DNA of 45,716 bases from a bacterium (GTDB lineage: Bacteria; Patescibacteriota; Microgenomatia; UBA12405; BS750m-G30), in contig JAGGVZ010000057.1 in assembly GCA_021157735.1 (NCBI GenBank), forward strand, positions 1-45,716. The letters are read 5' to 3'. The notes below the pieces were generated by a model. The model was given only the letters and a program-made list of their open reading frames with translations, was not told where the DNA came from and searched no databases. Position 1 is the first letter of the stretch; each line of letters begins with the position of its first letter. Positions 34,221-43,983 of this stretch are shown here, piece by piece. The position numbers were made by a program, and so were the translations under genes.

Positions 34221-36212
34221 ATGAGCCAAAAACTAGTCATTGTTGAATCACCGACAAAAGCGAAGACGATTGGCCGATTTTTAGGCGAAAAAGAGGGAGA
34301 GATTTTGGCAACCATGGGGCATATTCGCGATTTGCCCGAAAAGAGGTTTGGGGTGAAGATAACCGAGAATGGAGAAATTCACTTTGAGCCTCAGTATCAG
34401 ATTATTCCCAAAAAGAGAGATTTAGTGAAAAAGTTAAAGGAAAAAATTAAAGAGGCAAAGGAAGTCTTTTTGGCTACTGATCCTGACAGAGAAGGAGAAG
34501 CAATTGCTTATCATGTGATGGTGGTTGGAGGAAGAGCAGCTGCCAATCGGGAGAAATTCAAAAGGGTAGTTTTCCATGAGATTACTCCCGAGGCCATTGA
34601 GGAAGCATTTTCCGCTCCCCGTCAGGTAGATATGAATTTAGTTGATGCCCAGCAGGCAAGACGGGTTTTGGATAGGATTGTCGGTTACAAACTTTCTCCC
34701 CTTTTGTGGCGTAAGGTCCGACGAGGATTGTCCGCTGGAAGGGTGCAGTCAGTAGCGGTGAGATTGATAGTGGAGCGCGAGCGGGAGATAGAAAAGTTTA
34801 AGAAAGAAAGATATTTCCGAATTTGGGCAAAGTTTGTTACCGAAAGCAAGAAAGAGTTCTGGGCAGAATTAACGAAAGTTGCCGACGAACCGGTAGAGAT
34901 TAAAGAAAAAAAGAAACTCTTTGCCGGCGAGTACCAATTGGTAAAAACAATCTGGAAGACAGAAAAAGAGGCGGAAAAAGTAATTTTTTCTCTTCCTCTT
35001 TCCCCTCAGGTTAATTTGGTTGAGGAAAAAGAACGGAAGCGGTTTCCTTTTCCTCCTTTTACGACCTCAAAACTTCAACAAGAAGCATCGCGTCGTTTTG
35101 GTTGGAGTGCCAAACTGACAATGCGGGTGGCCCAGTCGCTTTATGAAAAAGGAATGATTACTTATCACCGTACCGACTCTGTAAACCTCAGCGAACAGTT
35201 TCTTTCCCGGGTAAGAGGACTAATTAAAAAGGAGTTTGGGAAAAAATATCTACCTTCTCGACCTTTTGCTTACAAAACCAAAAGTAAGTTAGCCCAAGAA
35301 GCTCATGAAGCAATTCGCCCTACTGATCCGCGGCGAAAGAAAATTTCCGGAGATAGCCGTCAACAACGACTTTATCAGTTAATCTGGAAAAGAGCCGTCG
35401 CTTCCCAGATGAGACCGGCCAAACTGGCAGTGGTGAAGGTAGAAGTAAAAGATGGTCCTTTCCTTTTTGTTGCCCGGGGAACGCGGGTAATTTTCCCTGG
35501 CTTTAGCAAAGTTTATCCCGTGGTTTTTGCCGAGAAAGAATTACCGCTTTTGAAAAAAGGAGAAAAAGTAAATTATTCCTATCTAGGAGTGACCGCTCAC
35601 CAAACTCAACCGCCTCCTCGCTACACCGAGGCCTCTTTAATTGCTACTTTAGAAAAAGAGGGGATTGGCAGACCTTCTACTTATGCCCCCATCATCTCGG
35701 TTATCCAACAGCGTTTGTATGTGGAGAAAGAAAAGGGACAGTTTTTCCCGACTAATCTAGGCACCGCGGTTAATGACTTTTTAGTGGCAGAATTTCCCGA
35801 TATTCTTAGTTTACCTTTTACTGCCCAGATGGAGGATTCTTTGGACAAAATCGCGGGAGGAAAAGCGGCGTGGATGAAGGTGGTCGGAGAGTTTTGGCGG
35901 CCGTTTATTAAGCGGGTAAAGAAAGTTTCTCAAAAAACCGAAAAGGTAAAAGTAGCCGTTGAGAAAATAGGGGAGAAGTGTCCTCAATGTGGGAAAGGAG
36001 AGTTGGTGATAAAAGAAGGCAGGTTTGGTAAATTTATTGCCTGTTCCCGGTTTCCAGATTGTAAGTATACTCGGCCGTTGACTAAAGAAGCTGGTTTTAA
36101 CTGTCCAGAATGCGGAGCGCCGGTGGTGATTAGGCAAACTAAAAAAGGGAAGAAGTTCTACGGTTGTTCCCGTTGGCCCGATTGTAAGTGGGCTTCTTGG
36201 AAGAAGCCGTAA
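34221..36212 (+). CDS. topA: DNA topoisomerase I with two C-terminal zinc ribbons
   Basis: A TOPRIM domain (LVIVESPTKAKTI, DPDREGE), an active-site Tyr region (ITYHRTDS), and CPQCG.../CPECG... ribbons. Confidence 0.95.
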   Translation: MSQKLVIVESPTKAKTIGRFLGEKEGEILATMGHIRDLPEKRFGVKITENGEIHFEPQYQIIPKKRDLVKKLKEKIKEAKEVFLATDPDREGEAIAYHVMVVGGRAAANREKFKRVVFHEITPEAIEEAFSAPRQVDMNLVDAQQARRVLDRIVGYKLSPLLWRKVRRGLSAGRVQSVAVRLIVEREREIEKFKKERYFRIWAKFVTESKKEFWAELTKVADEPVEIKEKKKLFAGEYQLVKTIWKTEKEAEKVIFSLPLSPQVNLVEEKERKRFPFPPFTTSKLQQEASRRFGWSAKLTMRVAQSLYEKGMITYHRTDSVNLSEQFLSRVRGLIKKEFGKKYLPSRPFAYKTKSKLAQEAHEAIRPTDPRRKKISGDSRQQRLYQLIWKRAVASQMRPAKLAVVKVEVKDGPFLFVARGTRVIFPGFSKVYPVVFAEKELPLLKKGEKVNYSYLGVTAHQTQPPPRYTEASLIATLEKEGIGRPSTYAPIISVIQQRLYVEKEKGQFFPTNLGTAVNDFLVAEFPDILSLPFTAQMEDSLDKIAGGKAAWMKVVGEFWRPFIKRVKKVSQKTEKVKVAVEKIGEKCPQCGKGELVIKEGRFGKFIACSRFPDCKYTRPLTKEAGFNCPECGAPVVIRQTKKGKKFYGCSRWPDCKWASWKKP

Positions 36213-36215
36213 AGA

Positions 36216-38396
36216 GTGGCGAAGGAGCAGGGAGTAATGATAAAATCAAAAGAAATGGAAAGCAAGCCCTTGTCCTTTTTTGAGATAAAAGTTCCTCGAG
36301 AGAATGAATATACCATTGAACAGACCCAGACTTTGTTAAACAATCTTCATCTTTGGGAAAAGAAGTTTCTTTTTTTGAAAAGACCCCTGCCGGTGGTTTT
36401 AGAAATCTTTTGTCACCAGCAAAAGATTTATTTTTTAGCAGGAGTTCCTCCTTCTCGAGCTTCTTTTTTTCAGTCGCAACTGTTGGCCCAGTATAAAGAT
36501 GCTTTAGTTGAACCTCAAGAAGATTACTTGAAGAGATTAAATCCCGAGAAATTTTTGGGATGCCAGCTGGTTGAGGGTCGCCCCTGGTATCTTCCCCTGA
36601 AGACAGCAGATCAGTTTCAGGATACCGATCCTCTTTCTTCTGTGCTAGCAACAATGGCAAAAAATGCCCAAAAGGACGATGTTCTTTTGTATCAGCTTTT
36701 ATTATTTCCAGCAGGGCGAAGGTGGCAGCGGCAACTGGGGAATTTAGCCGCTAATGGAGGAGGAAAAGACGTTAATGGTCAGTTTCTCCCTCATCCCCAA
36801 AAAGACCAAATCGAAATAAAAGCTTCCCAAGAGGGGTTTGTCACCTTTATCCGTTTGGCTGCCAATAATCAGTCTTCTCTGGAAGCTTTAATTGGAAGTT
36901 TTGGTAGTTTTGCTAATCCCAAAGGAAACTATCTGGTGGCTAAAAAGCCTTCTTGGTGGCAGAAGAAAAGGCTAACTGCGGCTATTTTTGCGCGGGAGAA
37001 GTGGGGAAAAGGGCAAATTTTGAATACTCTGGAGTTGGCTTCCTTGTGGCATCTTCCCACGAGACTAATTACTTTGCCCAATATTGCCTGGGGAAGAAAA
37101 ATTATCAGTGAGCCTCCTGACAATCTCCCTGTTGCCGATAATCTCAGTGAAGAGGAAAAAAAGCAAATTACTTTTATTGGCAAAACAGAATTTAAAAATA
37201 AGTTAACTACTTTTGGGATTAAAAGAAAAGACCGTGATCGCCATGTTTATATAATCGGTAAGACAGGCACAGGCAAGTCAACTTTAATTGCCAACATGGC
37301 GATTGAAGATATTCGTAAAGGGGAAGGGGTGGCGGTAGTTGACCCTCACGGTGATTTGATTCAAATTCTCCTCCAGTATATTCCCAAAAAAAGAATTAAT
37401 GATGTTTGCTATTTCAATCCGGCTGATCCGGAATATAGCTACCCTTTAAACCCTCTTGAGGTCACTAATCCTTCTCAGCGAGAACTAGTTGCCTCGGGGA
37501 TTGTTTCCATCTTTCATAAACTTTATGCTCAATCGTGGGGCCCACGCTTGGAGCATATCTTGAGAAATACCTTGTTAACGCTCACTGCTTTGCCAAATAA
37601 AACTTTGGTTGATGTTATTCGGATTTTAACAGAGAAAAGATTTCGTCAGTTCTGGGTTAAAAGATTGGAGGATAAAAATCTGGTCGCTTTTTGGGAGAGA
37701 GAATTTGAACCAATGGGAGATAGGTTGAGGCAGGAGGCGATTTCTCCCATTTTAAACAAAGTCGGCCAGTTTGTTACCTCGCCCTTGATTAGAAGGGTAA
37801 TCGGTTTTCCTTACAGCCGGGTAAAGATTGAGGAGATTATGAATGAAGGGAAAATTCTTTTGGTGGATCTTTCCGCCGGGAAGATTGGTGAGGACAACTC
37901 GGCTCTGTTGGGAGCAATGATTATTACCCAAATTCAGTTGGCGGCGATGAATAGAGTTTATGTTAAAGAGGAACAACGGCGTCCTTTTTATCTTTTTGTC
38001 GACGAGTTTCAAAATTTTGCCACCCGCTCTTTTATCAGAATTCTTTCTGAGGCTCGGAAATATCGCTTAAGTTTGACGGTAGCCAACCAATACATGGCCC
38101 AGTTAGACCGGGAGATTCAGGATGCTATTTTAGGTAATGTCGGAAGCCTGATTTCCTTTTTGGTCGGTTCTCAGGATGCGGAAATCCTTGACAAAGAGTT
38201 CGGCCGAGAGTTTACCGCTGAAGATTTAGTTTCCTTGGGAAGGTTTCAGATTTTACTTAAAATGTCCATTGACGGGGAAACTTCGCGACCTTTTTATGCG
38301 ACCACTCTTCCTCTTCCTGCTTGTGTCAATCAAAACAGAGAAAAGATAATTCGCTCCTCGCGGATGCGTTTTGGGTTAAAAAGGAAAAAGAGTTGA
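36216..38396 (+). CDS. TraD/VirD4/HerA-FtsK-superfamily P-loop ATPase (T4SS coupling-protein-like) with a ~340-aa uncharacterised, non-membrane N-terminal region
   Basis: Walker A (IIGKTGTGKST), Walker B (FYLFVDEFQNF), and a downstream RKYRLSLTVANQ block typical of TraD/TraG-D_C-type ATPases. I saw no N-terminal TM helices. Confidence 0.6.
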   Translation: MAKEQGVMIKSKEMESKPLSFFEIKVPRENEYTIEQTQTLLNNLHLWEKKFLFLKRPLPVVLEIFCHQQKIYFLAGVPPSRASFFQSQLLAQYKDALVEPQEDYLKRLNPEKFLGCQLVEGRPWYLPLKTADQFQDTDPLSSVLATMAKNAQKDDVLLYQLLLFPAGRRWQRQLGNLAANGGGKDVNGQFLPHPQKDQIEIKASQEGFVTFIRLAANNQSSLEALIGSFGSFANPKGNYLVAKKPSWWQKKRLTAAIFAREKWGKGQILNTLELASLWHLPTRLITLPNIAWGRKIISEPPDNLPVADNLSEEEKKQITFIGKTEFKNKLTTFGIKRKDRDRHVYIIGKTGTGKSTLIANMAIEDIRKGEGVAVVDPHGDLIQILLQYIPKKRINDVCYFNPADPEYSYPLNPLEVTNPSQRELVASGIVSIFHKLYAQSWGPRLEHILRNTLLTLTALPNKTLVDVIRILTEKRFRQFWVKRLEDKNLVAFWEREFEPMGDRLRQEAISPILNKVGQFVTSPLIRRVIGFPYSRVKIEEIMNEGKILLVDLSAGKIGEDNSALLGAMIITQIQLAAMNRVYVKEEQRRPFYLFVDEFQNFATRSFIRILSEARKYRLSLTVANQYMAQLDREIQDAILGNVGSLISFLVGSQDAEILDKEFGREFTAEDLVSLGRFQILLKMSIDGETSRPFYATTLPLPACVNQNREKIIRSSRMRFGLKRKKS

Positions 38397-38401
38397 TTTG
38401 A

Positions 38402-39313
38402 ATGGAACTGAAAAGAAACGCTTCTTTGCGAGAATATACTTCATGGAGAATTGGGGGAAAGGCGGAGTGGTTAGCAGAGGTAAAAGACAAGCAAGAGCTT
38501 AAAAAAGCAGTTGAATGGGGGAGGAAGAGGGGATTGCCGATTACTATTTTGGGAGGGGGAAGCAATGTTTTGATTAGTGATAAAGGGATAGAGGGGTTGG
38601 TAATTTTGAACCGAAAAGGAAAGAATTTTTCCCAGGAGAAAAAAGAAGGTAAGGTAAAGGTGGTGGTGGAATCAGGAGTGAATCTTGCTTGGTTGTTGAA
38701 AGAGTTGTTTGCCCAAGGGACAACGGGGTTGGAGAAATTTGTTGGCATTCCCGGCACTATTGGCGGGGCAGTTTTTAACAATATCCATGGTAAAGATGGT
38801 TATTTATTTGCGGAAGTGGTGAAAGAAGTGGAAGTTTTGACTCCCGAAGGAAAGGTGAAAAATGTTTCCCGGCGGGAAAGTGAATTTGCTTATGACTTTT
38901 CTCGATTCCAAAAAAGCGGAGAGATAATTTTGGCGGCTGACCTGGTTTTGCCGCAAACGCCCTTGGAGGAAGCAAAAAAAGTAGTTAAAGAATGGGGAAA
39001 AAGGAAGGTTCTCTCTCAACCACAAAATTCCGCCGGCTGTGTTTTTAAAAACCTCTCGGAGGAGCAGCAAAAAAGACTTGGTTTGCCAACAGCCAGTTTT
39101 GGTTATGTGATTGATAAGATTTTGGGATTAAAAGGAAAAAGAATTGGCGGAGCAAGAATTTCCGAAAAGCACGCCAATTTTATTGTTAACGAGACAGGAA
39201 AGGCAAAAGCAGCCGAGGTAATGGCTTTAATTCGCTTGGTTCAGAGAGAGACAGAAAAAAAGCTTGGTTTTACTCCTCAGCTGGAGATTTTTCTTCTTGG
39301 CTCTTTTGATTGA
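38402..39313 (+). CDS. murB: UDP-N-acetylenolpyruvoylglucosamine reductase
   Basis: An FAD-binding block (ILGGGSNVLISD), GIPGTIGGAV, and a C-terminal MurB domain (AGCVFKN). Confidence 0.9.
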   Translation: MELKRNASLREYTSWRIGGKAEWLAEVKDKQELKKAVEWGRKRGLPITILGGGSNVLISDKGIEGLVILNRKGKNFSQEKKEGKVKVVVESGVNLAWLLKELFAQGTTGLEKFVGIPGTIGGAVFNNIHGKDGYLFAEVVKEVEVLTPEGKVKNVSRRESEFAYDFSRFQKSGEIILAADLVLPQTPLEEAKKVVKEWGKRKVLSQPQNSAGCVFKNLSEEQQKRLGLPTASFGYVIDKILGLKGKRIGGARISEKHANFIVNETGKAKAAEVMALIRLVQRETEKKLGFTPQLEIFLLGSFD

Positions 39314-40331
39314 TGAGCTGGTCCAAAACTTGCCAGCGCCGCTTTTTCTCTTGGGGAGAAACATTATCTTCCATTTGAGCAGCTACTGTTCCTGGGCGAG
39401 GAGAGTAGCGGGCAATAAAGGCTTTTTTAAAACCTACTTTTCGACAAAGGTCAACCGTGTTTTGGAACTGTTTTTTTGTTTCTCCCGGAAAGCCAACGAT
39501 AATATCGGTGGTAAACTCCACCTCTGGGACAGCCTTTTTTATCTTCTTGACCAAAGTTAAATACTGGTGGGCAGTGTAGCCGCGGTTCATTTTTTTGAGA
39601 ATTTCGTCATCACCGGATTGAAGAGGAAGGTGAATAGTCCGACTAATCAAGGGATTTTTCTGAATGACAGCAATAAGTTTTTCGGAAAAATCGGCCGGGT
39701 TGGGAGAGAGGAAGTTGATTTTTTTTACTCCTTTGATACCGGCGATTATTTCTAACAATTGGGGAAAGTCAATTTTCTTTTGGGCATCAAAGTAAGAGTT
39801 AACATTTTGGCCGAGGAGGGTAATTTCCTGATACCCGTTTTTGACTAGACATTCTATTTCTTTAATTATCTCCCTGGCGGGCCGGTCTTTTTCTGTTCCC
39901 CGGGCATAAGGGACAATACAGTAAGTGCAAAAATGATTACAGCCGTTGCTGATAGGGACAAGGGCGGAGGTTTTCTTTTTTCTCTGGGGAAGAACCTTAA
40001 AACTAGCTAATTTTTCTGTGGGGATGATTTGGACCTTTTTACCAATTCTTTTGCGAAGTAGACGAAGATTTTGGGGGTTTCTTTTGGCCCAGCCTGCCAG
40101 ACAACCGGTAAGGATGATTTTGGGAGGATTTTTTCTCTTTTGGAGATTATTAATGAGACCGTAAACACGATTTTCTGCTGATTGGCGGACAATGCAAGAG
40201 TTGATGATAACTACCTCGGCCCGAAGAGGAGAAAAGACTTCTTGGTGCTTTTTTTTCAAAAATACCCGCCGGATTCTTTCTGAATCCGCCTCATTCATCT
40301 GACAACCAAAAGTTCGCAGGAAAAACTTCAT
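39270..40331 (-). CDS. MiaB/RimO-family radical SAM methylthiotransferase, apparently lacking the C-terminal TRAM domain
   Basis: An MTTase N-domain (TFGCQMNEADSE), a radical SAM CNHFCTYCIVP motif, and only 353 aa. Confidence 0.8.
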   Translation of the reverse strand: MKFFLRTFGCQMNEADSERIRRVFLKKKHQEVFSPLRAEVVIINSCIVRQSAENRVYGLINNLQKRKNPPKIILTGCLAGWAKRNPQNLRLLRKRIGKKVQIIPTEKLASFKVLPQRKKKTSALVPISNGCNHFCTYCIVPYARGTEKDRPAREIIKEIECLVKNGYQEITLLGQNVNSYFDAQKKIDFPQLLEIIAGIKGVKKINFLSPNPADFSEKLIAVIQKNPLISRTIHLPLQSGDDEILKKMNRGYTAHQYLTLVKKIKKAVPEVEFTTDIIVGFPGETKKQFQNTVDLCRKVGFKKAFIARYSPRPGTVAAQMEDNVSPQEKKRRWQVLDQLINQKSQEEKSPAEE

Positions 40332-40460
40332 AAGGCTATTTTATCAAATCGGGCTATATTTTGAGGTATTAAGTGATAGTTGACATTATCGAGGGGAGAA
40401 TTTATTTTAATCTTAGTAACAAGCACCTCCTGCCCCAAGGAAAGGATTGAAGTTTTACTA

Positions 40461-42131
40461 ATGGTAAGAAAAAAGCCAATTTTTATCTTTGTTTCTGGAG
40501 GAGTTATTTCCGGTTTAGGAAAGGGGATTACCACCGCTTCGATTGCCCTTCTTCTTCAGGCAGCAGGCTTTAAGGTCACGGTGATGAAATCCGATATGTA
40601 TTTAAATGTGGATGCCGGTAATATGAATCCTCTCGAACATGGGGAAGTATTTGTAACCGAAGATGGGGTGGAAACTGACCAAGATTTAGGACATTACGAG
40701 AGGTTTCTAGGAAAGAACTTGGGCAGGGAGAACTATCTTACCGCGGGAAAGGTTTATCTTGAAGTAATTGAAAAAGAGAGAAGGCTAGACTACAACGGCC
40801 GTTCTATCGATGCTTATTTCGACGTTCCCCTCCAGATAATTTCTCACTGGGAGAAGTTAAAGAGGGGTAATGATTTTGTTTTGATTGAAATGGGAGGAAC
40901 AGTTGGTGAGTATCAGAATATTCTTTTTTTTGAGGCGGCGCGGAGGTTGAAAATAAAATATCCCCAACAGGTTTTCTTCGTTCATGTTGTTTATCTTCCT
41001 ATTCCTCCTTCCCTGGGAGAGATAAAATCAAAACCGGCGCAGCAGTCAATTACGACTCTCAACACGCTGGGAATTCACCCTGATTTTGTTGTTTGTCGGG
41101 CAGAGAAAGAAGTAGATAAGAGGCGACGGGAGAAGATTGCTCTTGCTGCCGCTTTGCCGGTGGAGAGAATTTTTTCCGCCCCTGATGCGGAAACTATCTA
41201 TGAGGTTCCCTTAATTTTGAAAAAGCAGGGGTTTGACCGCACTCTTCTTCGGGTAGTGGGGAAGAAGTTGAGAAAGAGAGATTTGAAAGAATGGAAGAGA
41301 CAACTGGCCCGAAGAGCTCAAGCTAAAGAGAAAATTAAAATTGGCATCGTGGGGAAGTATTATCGCAGTGGCGATTTTTCTTTAGAAGATTCTTATGTCT
41401 CTGTAGTAGAGGCGATTAAACATGCCAGTTGGTTTTTCAAAAGAAAACCGGAAATTATTTGGATAGATAGTGAGCAGTTAGAAAGGGGAAATCGGGAGGA
41501 AGAGTTGTTGGGAGAGATAGAGGGGATGATTGTTCCCGGTGGTTTCGGCAGCCGGGGAGTGGAAGGAAAGATAAGGGCAATCCGTTGGGCAAGGGAAAGA
41601 CAAGTTCCTTATTTAGGTCTTTGCTATGGAATGCAGTTGGCAACGGTGGAATTTGCCCGCCATGTTTTGGGGTGGAAGAAGGCTAATACCACGGAAATAG
41701 ACGAAAAGACGCCTTATCCGGTAATCCATCTGATGCCCGAACAAGAGAAAAAGTTGCTTAATCGGGATTATGGAGGAACAATGCGTTTGGGAGGATGGCG
41801 ATGTTGGGTAAGAAGGGGAACAAAAACAGCCGCGGTTTATTCTCGCTTTGCCGGAGTAAAAGGGAGAAGAATGGTAATTACCGAAAGGCACCGTCATCGT
41901 TATGAGTTTAACAACCGATTCCGCCAAAAACTGGAGAAGGCGGGTTTGAGAGTAGCAGGAACTACCCTGGATAATCGGATTGTCGAGGTGGTAGAGCTGG
42001 AGAACCATCCGTTTTTTGTTGGGGTTCAGTTCCACCCCGAGTTTAAATCCCGCTTTTTAGCTCCCCATCCTTTGTTTTTAGGATTAATAGAGGCGGCAAT
42101 TAAAAGGAGGAAAAATGATTCTTTCCGATAG
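40461..42131 (+). CDS. pyrG: CTP synthase
   Basis: The N-terminus is IFVSGGVISGLGKGI. The glutaminase domain has GLCYGMQ and HRHRYE. I prefer the ATG at 40461. Confidence 0.95.
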   Translation: MVRKKPIFIFVSGGVISGLGKGITTASIALLLQAAGFKVTVMKSDMYLNVDAGNMNPLEHGEVFVTEDGVETDQDLGHYERFLGKNLGRENYLTAGKVYLEVIEKERRLDYNGRSIDAYFDVPLQIISHWEKLKRGNDFVLIEMGGTVGEYQNILFFEAARRLKIKYPQQVFFVHVVYLPIPPSLGEIKSKPAQQSITTLNTLGIHPDFVVCRAEKEVDKRRREKIALAAALPVERIFSAPDAETIYEVPLILKKQGFDRTLLRVVGKKLRKRDLKEWKRQLARRAQAKEKIKIGIVGKYYRSGDFSLEDSYVSVVEAIKHASWFFKRKPEIIWIDSEQLERGNREEELLGEIEGMIVPGGFGSRGVEGKIRAIRWARERQVPYLGLCYGMQLATVEFARHVLGWKKANTTEIDEKTPYPVIHLMPEQEKKLLNRDYGGTMRLGGWRCWVRRGTKTAAVYSRFAGVKGRRMVITERHRHRYEFNNRFRQKLEKAGLRVAGTTLDNRIVEVVELENHPFFVGVQFHPEFKSRFLAPHPLFLGLIEAAIKRRKNDSFR

Positions 42132-42681
42132 AGATATTATCAAAGCCATTAAAAGTCAGCATTTGGTAATTGACCCTTTTGAGGATGAGTGCGTTCAGCC
42201 TTCCAGCTATGACTTGCATTTAGCCCGGGAGGTGCTGGTTTTTGATAGTCACAAAACAGCGGTGGTTGATGTTAAGGAAAAAACCGAGGTAACCCGGTTG
42301 GTGCGATTGGATGAGGAAGGGTTTGTCCTTCACCCCCAGGAGTTTATCTTGGGGTCTACTGAGGAGTTTTTCAAAATTCCCGCCGATTTGGCGGCTAAAT
42401 TAGAGGGGAAGAGTTCTTTGGGAAGATTGGGACTGGTTATCCATGCTACTGCTGGTTATGTAGATCCTGGTTTTGAGGGGCAGTTGACTTTTGAGATTTC
42501 CAACATCTCGCGTTTGCCGATAAAGATTTATCCCAGAATGAAGATTGCTCAAATCTGCTTTTTCCAGATGACTTCTCCAGCGAGAGTTCCTTATGGGAGT
42601 CGGAAATTGGGAAGTAAATATAAAGGGCAAAGGGGGCCAACTCCCAGTAAAGTTTATCTTAATTTTCAAAAAAATGGCTAA
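42115..42681 (+). CDS. dcd: dCTP deaminase
   Basis: MILSDRDI start, a SSYDLHL block, and GKSSLGRLGL...GFEGQLTFEI. Confidence 0.9.
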   Translation: MILSDRDIIKAIKSQHLVIDPFEDECVQPSSYDLHLAREVLVFDSHKTAVVDVKEKTEVTRLVRLDEEGFVLHPQEFILGSTEEFFKIPADLAAKLEGKSSLGRLGLVIHATAGYVDPGFEGQLTFEISNISRLPIKIYPRMKIAQICFFQMTSPARVPYGSRKLGSKYKGQRGPTPSKVYLNFQKNG

Positions 42682-43393
42682 GGCAGTTAAGTTGAGGGTG
42701 CGGTTGATTGCCTGGACACAAAAGCCGCAACAGACGGTGGCCGCCGCTATTCGCCAGTGTTATTCACCAGTTGGGGCGGATGATTTAAGGAAGAAGATTT
42801 CTCCCCAGCAGCAAAAAAGGCTGATAAAAATGGTAATTGCTTCTGGTCATACCTCTACTATTGAACATGCCAGTTTTACCTTTGCTATTGAAGGAATTTC
42901 TCGAAGTTGTTCGCACCAGCTGGTGCGTCACCGGATTGCCTCCTATTCTCAACAGTCACAACGATATGTGGATCTCTCCCGGGAGGAGTTGCGCTATATT
43001 ATCCCTCCCGAGATTAACAAAGACCAAAAGCTTAAAAAGGAGTTTCAAGAAGCAATGGAGAAGGTAGAGGAGGAATATCGGCGGCTGATAAAAGCGGGGG
43101 TTAAACCAGAAGATGCTCGCTTTGTTCTTCCCAACGCTTGCGAGACAAAAATTGTGGTGACGATGAATGCCCGGGCTCTCCATAATTTTTTCCGGTTGCG
43201 ATGTTGCCAACGGGCCCAGTGGGAAATTCGTAATTTAGCCTGGCAGATGCTGCGTTTAGTAAGAAAAGTCGCCCCAGATTTATTTGCTAATGCTGGCCCT
43301 TCTTGCATGACGGAAAAGATTTGTTGGGAGGGGAAATTTTCTTGCGGACTATGGAAAAAAATTAAAGGAGCGCAATTAAAAAAGAGACAATGA
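42674..43393 (+). CDS. thyX: FAD-dependent thymidylate synthase ThyX
   Basis: The ThyX signature RHRIASYSQQSQRY (RHRxxSxxxxSxR). I prefer the ATG at 42674, which overlaps the dcd end by 8 nt. Confidence 0.9.
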   Translation: MAKAVKLRVRLIAWTQKPQQTVAAAIRQCYSPVGADDLRKKISPQQQKRLIKMVIASGHTSTIEHASFTFAIEGISRSCSHQLVRHRIASYSQQSQRYVDLSREELRYIIPPEINKDQKLKKEFQEAMEKVEEEYRRLIKAGVKPEDARFVLPNACETKIVVTMNARALHNFFRLRCCQRAQWEIRNLAWQMLRLVRKVAPDLFANAGPSCMTEKICWEGKFSCGLWKKIKGAQLKKRQ

Positions 43394-43983
43394 AGAGGGG
43401 AAAATTTATTGTTTTTGAAGGAATTGATGGGAGCGGTAAAAGCCTCCAGTTGAAGCTCTTGCAAAAGAAACTTCCCGAGGCAGTTTTTACCCAAGAACAT
43501 ACCCAGGGGGTGGTGGGAAAACTAGTTGAGAGAGTTTTAAATAAAGAAGTGTCCCTTAACCCTGTTTCTTTACAGCTTCTTTTTGTTGCCGACAGAGAAG
43601 ATCATCTGCAAAAAGTAGTTGTTCCGGCAATTGAAAAGGGAAAAATAGTGGTTAGCGACCGCTATTTTTGGTCTACGGTTGCCTACGGAGGGCTGGTGGC
43701 GCCGAAAGAATGGCTTTTGCAAGTCAACCGAATATGTCTCCCTCCTGATTTAGTTATTTTTCTTGATGTTTCTCCCCAAACAGCTTTAAAGAGGATAGGC
43801 AAACGGCGGGAGAAAAAAACGATTTTTGAAGAAAAAAAGAAGTTGGTGAAGATAAGGAAGAACTATTATTGGCTTGTTGACCAGTTTCCCAAGAGAGCAG
43901 CGGTAGTTGATGGAGAGCAATCCCCGGAGAGGGTTCATCAAGAAATTTGGCAAATAATTAAAGAAAGGATAAAATTACCTTGA
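43390..43983 (+). CDS. tmk: Thymidylate kinase
   Basis: A P-loop (FEGIDGSGKS), a DRY motif (SDRYFWST), and an ATGA overlap with thyX. Confidence 0.9.
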   Translation: MKRGKFIVFEGIDGSGKSLQLKLLQKKLPEAVFTQEHTQGVVGKLVERVLNKEVSLNPVSLQLLFVADREDHLQKVVVPAIEKGKIVVSDRYFWSTVAYGGLVAPKEWLLQVNRICLPPDLVIFLDVSPQTALKRIGKRREKKTIFEEKKKLVKIRKNYYWLVDQFPKRAAVVDGEQSPERVHQEIWQIIKERIKLP

